A stretch of DNA of 64,000 nt, taken from NCBI GenBank assembly GCA_032718475.1, contig JAUCBJ010007053.1:90355-154354 (forward strand). Reading direction: 5' to 3'. Position 1 is the stretch's first letter; the number at the start of each line of letters is the position of its first letter. This stretch comes from Nemertoderma westbladi (taxonomy: Eukaryota; Animalia; Xenacoelomorpha). Of this stretch, positions 21,903-32,426 are shown piece by piece. Below the pieces are notes generated by a model that saw nothing but the letters and a program-made list of their open reading frames with translations, was not told where the DNA came from and ran no database searches. The translations under genes and the position numbers were made by a program.

Positions 21903-23185
21903 TTACTGGAGCTATCGTGCTGATCCACCGGTTGAGTCGAGGTATCTAGCTGATCCACAGGTTTACTGGAGGTATCAAGCTGATCCGCGGGTTTACTGGA
22001 GGTATCGAGTTGACCCACATGTTTATTAGAGGTAACCAGCTGATCTTCATGTTTACAGGAGGTATCTAGCTGATCCACAGGTTTACTAAAGGTAACCAGC
22101 TGATCTGCATGTTTACTGGAGGTATCTAGCTGATCCACAGGTTTACTGGATGTATCAAGCTGATCCACAGGTTTACTGGTGGTATCAGACAGATCCACAG
22201 GTTTACAGGAGGTATGGAGCTGAACCACAGGTTCCATATCAAGTTGATCCGCTGGTTTACTACAGGTATCGACCAGATCCACAGGTTTACTAGAGGTATC
22301 GACCAGATCCACAGGTTTACTGGAGCTATCGTGCTGATCCACCGGTTTAGTCGAGGTATCTAGCTGATCCACAGGTTTACTGGAGGTATCAAGCTGATCC
22401 GCGGGTTTACTGGAGGTATCGAGTTGACCCACATGTTTATTAGAGGTAACCAGCTGATCTTCATGTTTACAGGAGGAATCTAGCTGATCCACAGGTTTAC
22501 TAGAGGTAACCAGCTGATCTGCATGTTTACTGGAGGTATCAAGCTGATCCACTGGTTTACTTGAGGTTTCGAGCTGATCCACAGGTTTACTAGAGGTAAC
22601 CAGCTGATCTGCATGTTTACTGGAGGTATCTAGCTGATCCACAGTTTTACTGGAGGTATCTAGCTGTTCCACAGGTTTACTGGAGGTATCAAGCTGATCC
22701 ACAGGTTTACTGGGGGTATCAAGCTGATCCGCGGGTTTACTTAAGGTTTCGAGCTGATCTGCGGGTTTACTTAAGGTTTCGAGCTGATCCGCGGGTTTAC
22801 TTAAGGTTTCGAGCTGATCCGCAGGTTTACTTAAGATTTCGAGTTGATCCGCGGGTTTACTAGAGGAACCCGGCTGATCCGTGAGTTTACTGGAGGCATG
22901 GAGCTGGTCCACAGGTATACTGGAGGTATCCAGCCGATCCTCGGGTTTACTGGTGGAGATATTGGACTGATCCAAAGGTTTACTGGAGATGTTGGCCGTC
23001 CGATCCACGGGTCTACTGGAAATATCGAGCGACTCGTCCGTTAATTTAGGATCTTCGGGCTCAGAACAAAGGTTTGCTGTTTCAGCTCGAAGAAGCAGTT
23101 CTCCTCGCGATCCAGAGGTGGAAAGATTCCGATTGCTCAACAAAAGTTTTAGTCGCTTGGTGTTCATCTTTTTAAGTTTATCCAT
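21896..23185 (-). CDS. LINE B 5' ORF: SAP-like domain + about 38 x 10-aa repeats (SSKPVDQLDT)
   Basis: ATG at 23185: MDKLKKMNTKRLKLLLSNRNLSTSGSRGELLLRA fits the SAP consensus; the 30-bp tandem repeat at about 21900-23030 stays in frame. Confidence 0.75.
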   Translation of the reverse strand: MDKLKKMNTKRLKLLLSNRNLSTSGSRGELLLRAETANLCSEPEDPKLTDESLDISSRPVDRTANISSKPLDQSNISTSKPEDRLDTSSIPVDQLHASSKLTDQPGSSSKPADQLEILSKPADQLETLSKPADQLETLSKPADQLETLSKPADQLDTPSKPVDQLDTSSKPVEQLDTSSKTVDQLDTSSKHADQLVTSSKPVDQLETSSKPVDQLDTSSKHADQLVTSSKPVDQLDSSCKHEDQLVTSNKHVGQLDTSSKPADQLDTSSKPVDQLDTSTKPVDQHDSSSKPVDLVDTSSKPVDLVDTCSKPADQLDMEPVVQLHTSCKPVDLSDTTSKPVDQLDTSSKPVDQLDTSSKHADQLVTFSKPVDQLDTSCKHEDQLVTSNKHVGQLDTSSKPADQLDTSSKPVDQLDTSTQPVDQHDSSSKH

Positions 23186-23527
23186 TTTATTGAATCCCAA
23201 ACCCGGTACGACGAGTCTTGTGTACGACGATATGGTAAGTAAAATGACAGTACAGTACCGGTAGACCGTTATTAAAACTGCAGCTACCGTATAGCACCAA
23301 TGTGCCGGCGCTGCAGGGTACAGTACCACTAAAATCAATGAAGGTAGTTAAAATAAATAAAAGGTAAAACTACAAAAAGCTACGACCGGTTCCTGGACCG
23401 CGAACGGGTACAGGCTCGTACGGTAAAATGAGTCAGTCTGACTGCGTCGGTTTCAGCATTTAAACATTTTAACTGCCTTGTCAGTTGGTATCTCCAAAGG
23501 TGAAAAAAAGGTGACTATTCAAAGTGG

Positions 23528-24581
23528 GTTACCAGTGGGGCGCGGGCCTACGTAATGAGTTACCAATGGGGCTCGGGCCTACGTAATGAGTTACCAGTGG
23601 GGCGCGGGCCTACGTAATGAGTTACCAGTGGGGCGCGGGCCTACGTAATGAGTTACCAGTGGGGCGCGGGCCTACGTAATGAGTTACCAGTGGGGCGCGG
23701 GCCTACGTAATGAGTTACCAGTGGGGCGCGGGCCTACGTAATGAGTTACCAGTGGGGCGCGGGCCTACGTAATGAGTTACCAGTGGGGCGCGGGCCTACG
23801 TAATGAGTTACCAGTGTGGCGCGGGCCTAAGTAATGAGTTACCAGTGGGGCGCGGGCCTACGTAATGAGTTACCAGTGGGGCGCGGGCCTACGTAATGAG
23901 TTACCAGTGGGGCGCGGGCCTACGTAATGAGTTACCAGTGGGGCGCGGGCCTACGTAATGAGTTACCAGTGGGGCGCGGGCCTACGTAATGAGTTACCAA
24001 TGGGGCTCGGGCCTACGTAATGAGTTACCAGTGGGGCGCGGGCCTACGTAATGAGTTACCAGTGGGGCGCGGGCCTACGTAATGAGTTACCAGTGGGGCG
24101 CGGGCCTACGTAATGAGTTACCAATGGGGCTCGGGCCTACGTAATGAGTTACCAGTGGGGCGCGGGCCTACGTAATGAGTTACCAGTGGGGCGCGGGCCT
24201 ACGTAATGAGTTACCAATGGGGCTCGGGCCTACGTAATGAGTTACCAGTGGGGCGCGGGCCTACGTAATGAGTTACCAGTGGGGCGCGGGCCTACGTAAT
24301 GAGTTACCAGTGGGGCGCGGACCTACGTAATGAGTTACCAGTGGGGCGCGGGCCTACGTAATGAGTTACCAGTGGGGCGCGGGCCTACGTAATGAGTTTC
24401 CAGTGGGGCGCGGGCCTACGTAATGAGTTACCAGTGGGGCGCGGGCCTACGTAATGAGTTACCAGTGGGGCGCGGGCCTACGTAATGAGTTACCAGTGGG
24501 GCGCGGGCCTACGTAATGAGTTACCAGTGGGGCGCGGGCCTACGTAATGAGTTACCAGTGGGGCGCGGGCCTATACGTAAT
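23528..24581. repeat. 31-bp satellite, right arm, about 34 copies
   Basis: Same monomer as 15015-17038. Confidence 0.97.
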
Positions 24582-25155
24582 CTTAAATATCATCGAAACA
24601 TTAAACTAATAAAGACCTACTACTACTACCCTATGTAATGCAGCTTTGGTAACTTAATGCCATTTTTATTGGGAAGGAATATTCCACATGATTGGAGTGT
24701 TAGGACAGTAAAATAAGTATCAAATTTATAAGACTGTAAATTATGGGAATGTCAGTGAAACTCTCTTAGACTGTAACACAGTCGATGTCGATCTACTTAG
24801 AAATAAACAATAAGCAAGAGAAATGAGTGAGTTTATTTAATATTATAGAAGTTGGTAGAAATGAAGCTGATGGAGATGAATCAGATTTAGAGGATCAAAT
24901 ATTCGATTCTGGTGAACGAACAAGGAACAAACAACATTATTAACTAATAATAAATTAAATATGGTTAATCTTAAATTTTGATTTACAGGTGTTTTTATTT
25001 CAAACGCTGTAGTAAAGTTTATATGTTTATATTTTTCAATTCGTTGTTTTCAATATTTAATTTTAGAAATATTTCTAAACAAGTTTAAAAAATTTATAAA
25101 TCACTATTTTTATTTATAAATTTCACTAACATATTTAGAAAAAAAAACCCCTGGC

Positions 25156-28100
25156 TTATGGGTAAGTCGATGTCACGTGCGGTGATCACGGGGGTTCACC
25201 TGCGTACAGTAGTTTATGGGTAAGTCGATGTCACGTGCGGTGATCACGTGCGTACAGTAGTTTATGGGTAAGTCGGTGCCACGTGGGTTCACGTGCGTAC
25301 AGTAGTTTATGGGTAAGTCGGTGTCACGTGCGGTGATCACGGGGGTTCACCTGCGTACAGTAGTTTATGGGTAAGTCGGTGTCACGTGCGGTGATCACGT
25401 GGGTTCACGTGCGTACAGTAGTTTATGGGTAAGTCGGTGTCACGTGCGGTGATCACGTGGGTTCACGTGCGTACAGTAGTTTATGGGTAAGTCGGTGTCA
25501 CGTGCGGTGATCACGGGGGTTCACCTGCGTACAGTAGTTTATGGGTAAGTCGGTGTCACGTGCGGTGATCACGGGGGTTCACCTGCGTACAGTAGTTTAT
25601 GGGTAAGTCGGTGTCACGTGCGGTGATCACGTGGGTTCACGTGCGTACAGTAGTTTATGGGTAAGTCGGTGTCACGTGCGGTGATCACGTGGGTTCACGT
25701 GCGTACAGTAGTTTATGGGTAAGTCGATGTCACGTGCGGTGATCACGGGGGTTCACCTGCGTACAGTAGTTTATGGGTAAGTCGATGTCACGTGCGGTGA
25801 TCACGGGGGTTCACCTGCGTACAGTAGTTTATGGGTAAGTCGGTGTCACGTGCGGTGATCACGTGGGTTCACGTGCGTACAGTAGTTTATGGGTAAGTCG
25901 ATGTCACGTGCGGTGATCACGGGGGTTCACCTGCGTACAGTAGTTTATGGGTAAGTCGGTGTCACGTGCGGTGATCACGTGGGTTCACGTGCGTACAGTA
26001 GTTTATGGGTAAGTCGGTGTCACGTGCGGTGATCACGTGGGTTCACGTGCGTACAGTAGTTTATGGGTAAGTCGGTGTCACGTGCGGTGATCACGGGGGT
26101 TCACGTGCGTACAGTAGTTTATGGGTAAGTCGGTGTCACGTGCGGTGATCACGTGGGTTCACGTGCGTACAGTAGTTTATGGGTAAGTCGGTGTCACGTG
26201 CGGTGATCACGTGGGTTCACGTGCGTACAGTAGTTTATGGGTAAGTCGGTGTCACGTGCGGTGATCACGGGGGTTCACGTGCGTACAGTAGTTTATGGGT
26301 AAGTCGGTGTCACGTGCGGTGATCACGTGGGTTCACGTGCGTACAGTAGTTTATGGGTAAGTCGGTGTCACGTGCGGTGATCACGGGGGTTCACCTGCGT
26401 ACAGTAGTTTATGGGTAAGTCGGTGTCACGTGCGGTGATCACGTGGGTTCACGTGCGTACAGTAGTTTATGGGTAAGTCGGTGTCACGTGCGGTGATCAC
26501 GTGGGTTCACGTGCGTACAGTAGTTTATGGGTAAGTCGGTGTCACGTGCGGTGATCACGGGGGTTCACGTGCGTACAGTAGTTTATGGGTAAGTCGGTGT
26601 CACGTGCGGTGATCACGTGGGTTCACGTGCGTACAGTAGTTTATGGGTAAGTCGGTGCCACGTGCGGTGATCACGTGGGTTCACGTGCGTACAGTAGTTT
26701 ATGGGTAAGTCGGTGCCACGTGGGTTCACGTGCGTACAGTAGTTTATGGGTAAGTCGGTGTCACGTGCGGTGATCACGTGGGTTCACGTGCGTACAGTAG
26801 TTTATGGGTAAGTCGGTGTCACGTGCGGTGATCACGGGGGTTCACCTGCGTACAGTAGTTTATGGGTAAGTCGGTGTCACGTGCGGTGATCACGTGGGTT
26901 CACGTGCGGTGATCACGTGGGTTCACGTGCGTACAGTAGTTTATGGGTAAGTCGGTGTCACGTGCGGTGATAACGGGGGTTCACCTGCGTACAGTAGTTT
27001 ATGGGTAAGTCGGTGCCACGTGCGGTGATCACGTGGGTTCACGTGCGTACAGTAGTTTATGGGTAAGTCGGTGCCACGTGGGTTCACGTGCGTACAGTAG
27101 TTTATGGGTAAGTCGGTGTCACGTGCGGTGATCACGTGGGTTCACGTGCGTACAGTAGTTTATGGGTAAGTCGGTGTCACGTGCGGTGATAACGGGGGTT
27201 CACCTGCGTACAGTAGTTTATGGGTAAGTCGGTGCCACGTGCGGTGATCACGTGGGTTCACGTGCGTACAGTAGTTTATGGGTAAGTCGGTGTCACGTGC
27301 GGTGATCACGTGGGTTCACGTGCGTACAGTAGTTTATGGGTAAGTCGGTGCCACGTGCGGTGATCACGTGGGTTCACGTGCGTACAGTAGTTTATGGGTA
27401 AGTCGGTGCCACGTGGGTTCACGTGCGTACAGTAGTTTATGGGTAAGTCGGTGTCACGTGCGGTGATCACGTGGGTTCACGTGCGTACAGTAGTTTATGG
27501 GTAAGTCGGTGTCACGTGCGGTGATCACGGGGGTTCACCTGCGTACAGTAGTTTATGGGTAAGTCGGTGTCACGTGCGGTGATCACGTGGGTTCACGTGC
27601 GTACAGTAGTTTATGGGTAAGTCGGTGTCACGTGCGGTGATCACGGGGGTTCACCTGCGTACAGTAGTTTATGGGTAAGTCGGTGTCACGTGCGGTGATC
27701 ACGGGGGTTCACCTGCGTACAGTAGTTTATGGGTAAGTCGGTGTCACGTGCGGTGATCACGTGGGTTCACGTGCGTACAGTAGTTTATGGGTAAGTCGGT
27801 GTCACGTGCGGTGATCACGTGGGTTCACGTGCGTACAGTAGTTTATGGGTAAGTCGGTGTCACGTGCGGTGATCACGTGGGTTCACGTGCGTACAGTAGT
27901 TTATGGGTAAGTCGGTGTCACGTGCGGTGATCACGGGGGTTCACGTGCGTACAGTAGTTTATGGGTAAGTCGGTGTCACGTGCGGTGATCACGGGGGTTC
28001 ACCTGCGTACAGTAGTTTATGGGTAAGTCGGTGCCACGTGCGGTGATCACGTGGGTTCACGTGCGTACAGTAGTTTATGGGTAAGTCGGTGTCACGTGCG

Positions 28101-30203
28101 GTGATCACGGGGGTTCACGTGCGTACAGTAGTTTATGGGTAAGTCGGTGTCACGTGCGGTGATCACGGGGGTTCACCTGCGTACAGTAGTTTATGGGTAA
28201 GTCGGTGTCACGTGCGGTGATCACGTGGGTTCACGTGCGTACAGTAGTTTATGGGTAAGTCGGTGTCACGTGCGGTGATCACGGGGGTTCACGTGCGTAC
28301 AGTAGTTTATGGGTAAGTCGGTGTCACGTGCGGTGATCACGTGGGTTCACGTGCGTACAGTAGTTTATGGGTAAGTCGGTGTCACGTGCGGTGATCACGG
28401 GGGTTCACCTGCGTACAGTAGTTTATGGGTAAGTCGGTGTCACGTGCGGTGATCACGTGGGTTCACGTGCGTACAGTAGTTTATGGGTAAGTCGGTGTCA
28501 CGTGCGGTGATCACGGGGGTTCACGTGCGTACAGTAGTTTATGGGTAAGTCGGTGTCACGTGCGGTGATCACGGGGGTTCACCTGCGTACAGTAGTTTAT
28601 GGGTAAGTCGGTGTCACGTGCGGTGATCACGTGGGTTCACGTGCGTACAGTAGTTTATGGGTAAGTCGGTGTCACGTGCGGTGATCACGGGGGTTCACCT
28701 GCGTACAGTAGTTTATGGGTAAGTCGGTGTCACGTGCGGTGATCACGTGGGTTCACGTGCGTACAGTAGTTTATGGGTAAGTCGGTGTCACGTGCGGTGA
28801 TCACGGGGGTTCACGTGCGTACAGTAGTTTATGGGTAAGTCGGTGTCACGTGCGGTGATCACGTGGGTTCACGTGCGTACAGTAGTTTATGGGTAAGTCG
28901 GTGTCACGTGCGGTGATCACGTGGGTTCACGTGCGTACAGTAGTTTATGGGTAAGTAGGTGTCACGTGCGGTGATCACGTGGGTTCACGTGCGGTGATCA
29001 CGGGGGTTCACGTGCGTACAGTAGTTTATGGGTAAGTCGGTGTCACGTGCGGTGATCACGTGCGTACAGTAGTTTATGGGTAAGTCGGTGTCACGTGCGG
29101 TGATCACGTGCGTACAGTAGTTTATGGGTAAGTCGGTGTCACGTGCGGTGATCACGTGGGTTCACGTGCGTACAGTAGTTTATGGGTAAGTCGGTGTCAC
29201 GTGCGGTGATCACGGGGGTTCACGTGCGTACAGTAGTTTATGGGTAAGTCGGTGTCACGTGCGGTGATCACGGGGGTTCACGTGCGTACAGTAGTTTATG
29301 GGTAAGTCGGTGTCACGTGCGGTGATCACGGGGGTTCACGTGCGTACAGTAGTTTATGGGTAAGTCGGTGTCACGTGCGGTGATCACGGGGGTTCACCTG
29401 CGTACAGTAGTTTATGGGTAAGTCGGTGTCACGTGCGGTGCTCACGTGGGTTCACGTGCGTACAGTAGTTTATGGGTAAGTCGGTGTCACGTGCGGTGAT
29501 CACGTGGGTTCACGTGCGTACAGTAGTTTATGGGTAAGTCGGTGTCACGTGCGGTGATCACGTGGGTTCACGTGCGTACAGTAGTTTATGGGTAAGTCGG
29601 TGTCACGTGCGGTGATCACGGGGGTTCACCTGCGTACAGTAGTTTATGGGTAAGTCGGTGTCACGTGCGGTGATCACGGGGGTTCACCTGCGTACAGTAG
29701 TTTATGGGTAAGTCGGTGTCACGTGCGGTGATCACGGGGGTTCACGTGCGTACAGTAGTTTATGGGTAAGTCGGTGTCACGTGCGGTGATCACGGGGGTT
29801 CACGTGCGTACAGTAGTTTATGGGTAAGTCGGTGTCACGTGCGGTGATCACGTGGGTTCACGTGCGTACAGTAGTTTATGGGTAAGTCGGTGTCACGTGC
29901 GGTGATCACGTGGGTTCACGTGCGTACAGTAGTTTATGGGTAAGTCGGTGTCACGTGCGGTGATCACGGGGGTTCACCTGCGTACAGTAGTTTATGGGTA
30001 AGTCGGTGTCACGTGCGGTGATCACGGGGGTTCACGTGCGTACAGTAGTTTATGGGTAAGTCGGTGTCACGTGCGGTGATCACGGGGGTTCACGTGCGTA
30101 CAGTAGTTTATGGGTAAGTCGGTGTCACGTGCGGTGCCACGTGGGTTCACGTGCGGTGATCACGTGGGTTCACGTGCGGTGATCACGTGGGTTCACGTGC
30201 GTA
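25156..30203. repeat. 58-bp satellite (TTATGGGTAAGTCGGTGTCACGTGCGGTGATCACGTGGGTTCACGTGCGTACAGTAGT), about 87 copies
   Basis: Period 58; two main variants (CACGTGGG..CACGTG versus CACGGGGG..CACCTG). Confidence 0.97.
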
Positions 30204-30917
30204 CTGCAAACTGTCTCATCTACTCAATATACTGCAATTTGGGAATATATCTGTTAAATATGGAATATCTTACTGCCGAATGCGGAAAACCAAAATGTCT
30301 ACCGGCTCCGCAAAAAGTCCAAATGCTAATTAAATGGCATTGAATATCTGTTACAACGACGTCACCAATCATAGCTGTTTCTTTGTAAAATTTTGTCTAG
30401 GAGACTTTCAATTTAAATGAAAATAAATAATTTTTTCCATACGTTACCATAGGAACCACGCACAAATATTCTAAGAATGTTTCATTATATGATATTAGTG
30501 AATTCTGTGATGGAGTCCTTAAGGGGGGGGGGGGGGGGGAGGAGGAGGGGGAGTTATATTTCTCGAAAGTATTTTTTACTCCTCTAAAGAGGTCAGGGTA
30601 GATAGCTATTTTGAGGTTTGGATGAGTATGGGCGCAATAAAGTTAAAAATACCGACATGTGTGAATTGGTATAATAAGTATAATACTAAAAATAATTTAC
30701 ATCTTGGTTGCGGTGTAAACACACATTATCCCCATAAGCCTAAAGTGCATTATTTACACCTTGTTGCTATGGAAACGTGCATCAGGTCTAATATAACTAC
30801 TAACAATCTTTTATTGCTTCAAGTGTTGTTTATCTCCAGTTTGCATCCTAATAACACAAATTCCCAACTGTTAGTTACTTTGGAAAGGTCATCTTGTTGT
30901 TACCAATAAGTAAGGCC

Positions 30918-31310
30918 TAGGTTGATGCCATTAACAATGCTGATGATAGCAGGCACTCAGCTCAGGCATAGCAATCAGTAAACCTGCTGACTGGGAGGAA
31001 AAGCCAACCAACCACCAAGGTTACTGCTGAATGTCCTAAACTCCTCAATAATGGTTGGAAGGCCTACTTTGAGAAGCAGCTTCCAAACATAAGAGAGTGA
31101 GGTACATCGTGTATCTGATTCTGTGCTCACAGATATCCACATCTCATTTGCTGAAATTAAGACTGCAGTAATGGGCTTGAAGACCAATCATACCATTGGA
31201 GTAGATGGCATGCCCCCTGAGGTCTTTAAAATTCATGAGTACTTAGAGCTCATTCACCCCATTATTCTTGGACATGTATAGGACAAAGATAGTCCCTCAA
31301 GAAATGAAAA
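30918..31310 (+). mobile_element. Degenerate RTE-like LINE RT N-terminal fragment
   Basis: VNLLTGRK..WKAYFEK..ISFAEIKTAVMGLKTNHTIGVDGMPPEVFK..VPQE, with stops and frameshifts. Confidence 0.7.
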
Positions 31311-31351
31311 TATATAAGTTGGTCCCGGCCCCAAAGAAGGCAACCTAACAA

Positions 31352-31630
31352 CGGTGTCCGGACAATTACGACCCGGTCAATTTCGACCCATGTTTTTAAA
31401 TAAAAATTATGGGTCGCAATTGTCAATGATATACAGTGATATTTATCAATGATATACATTACATATTTTTATCTGGATCCGGACAATTGCGACCCGGACA
31501 ATTGCGACCCGGACAATTGCGACCCGGACAATTGCGACCCGGACAATTGCGACCCGGACAATTGCGACCCGGTCAATTTTTTCTAAAATCATGGGTCGCA
31601 ATTGACCGGGTCGCAATATGACAGGTAATA
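31352..31630. repeat. Small MITE-like element with a 15-bp internal tandem repeat (CCGGACAATTGCGAC)
   Basis: About 6 tandem copies at 31479-31572, plus inverted GGGTCGCAATTG copies. Confidence 0.65.
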
Positions 31631-31637
31631 TCCCCAA

Positions 31638-32424
31638 GTAGCACCCCCAAATTGAACCTCACATTTTTGTGTCTCTGGACCATAAAATTGGGTGAAAATT
31701 ATTTTTTGTGCTACTAAACATCGTCTGGACTGTTTGTTAATAACCAAACCAAATATTTTTAAAATTGGCCCCAAAATGGCTCCGTAATGGCCAAAAGTGC
31801 GTTTTTGCACCAAGGGCTATTTCTCCACCAATATTTGTTGAAATTTGTCGAAATTTGGAATATGGGTTCAGAAGAACCATGCATCCAATTCTTCTGAACA
31901 AATGTTGCCACAAATGCTCTGGAGCCTTTTTAGAACAAAAAGGCCCCAAAAAAGGAGAAGTATTGAGAAGGGTAATCTTAACAAGTGTACCAAATTTCAA
32001 CTCATTTCAGTTAAAATTGGCGCATATATGTTTCATGAAAAAACGTCGTTCTGAGATATGGGTGTTTAAAGTTTAAGGAACAATTCAAACCTTCCCGCTA
32101 TTTTAGATAATACCATTTTTCTATGTTCAACAATAACTTTGTCAAAAATGAATGAAATTCAACGAAATTTTTCATGATTGCTAAACATATAACTAGTAAA
32201 ACAACTTTCTGTACAATTGTAAAATATAGTGCTGCTCGAAGGCTTTTCAAAAATCAGACTAGCTCTTACGTTTTGGGTAATAACTTGAGTTTGAGAAAAG
32301 ATATGAGAAAACTGCTTGCAGATTTGAAATCTCCATTAAATTTGGCACATGATAGAATAAAAAAACTTTTTTGTCAATTTGCAAAATAGGGGGTGCTACC
32401 ACCCCACCCCCCCCCCCCCCCCCC
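31638..32424. mobile_element. Kolobok-like non-autonomous DNA transposon remnant
   Basis: Inverted GTAGCACCCCC (31638) / GGGGGTGCTAC (32389), and the right end is followed by TTAA (32425-32428). The left terminus is incomplete. Confidence 0.5.
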
Positions 32425-32426
32425 TT

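Larger units (their letters stand above)
17039..23527 (-). mobile_element. LINE B: apparently full-length (~6.5 kb) APE-type non-LTR retrotransposon inserted in the 31-bp satellite
   Basis: The satellite resumes in register with GTTAC duplicated (17034-17038 and 23528-23532); TAA-rich 3' tail at 17039; contains a 5' leader, ORF1 region and intact ORF2. Clade not assigned. Confidence 0.9.
11388..25153. mobile_element. hAT-like DNA transposon, expanded to 13.8 kb by nested insertions
   Basis: TIRs CAGGGTTTTTTTTTTCAAAAT / ATTTAGAAAAAAAAACCCCTG; 8-bp TSD GTTTATGG (11380-11387) / GCTTATGG (25154-25161). Joining the flanks restores a 58-bp satellite monomer. Confidence 0.75.

Noticed and set aside
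23186-23338. N-terminal 51 aa of the 480-aa ORF
   Set aside because: Starts at TTG; the ATG at 23185 immediately precedes the SAP-like domain.
24600-24945. Possible transposase C-terminal remnant or missing exon (acidic IIEVGRNEADGDESDLED)
   Set aside because: Many stops and no convincing motif; not called.
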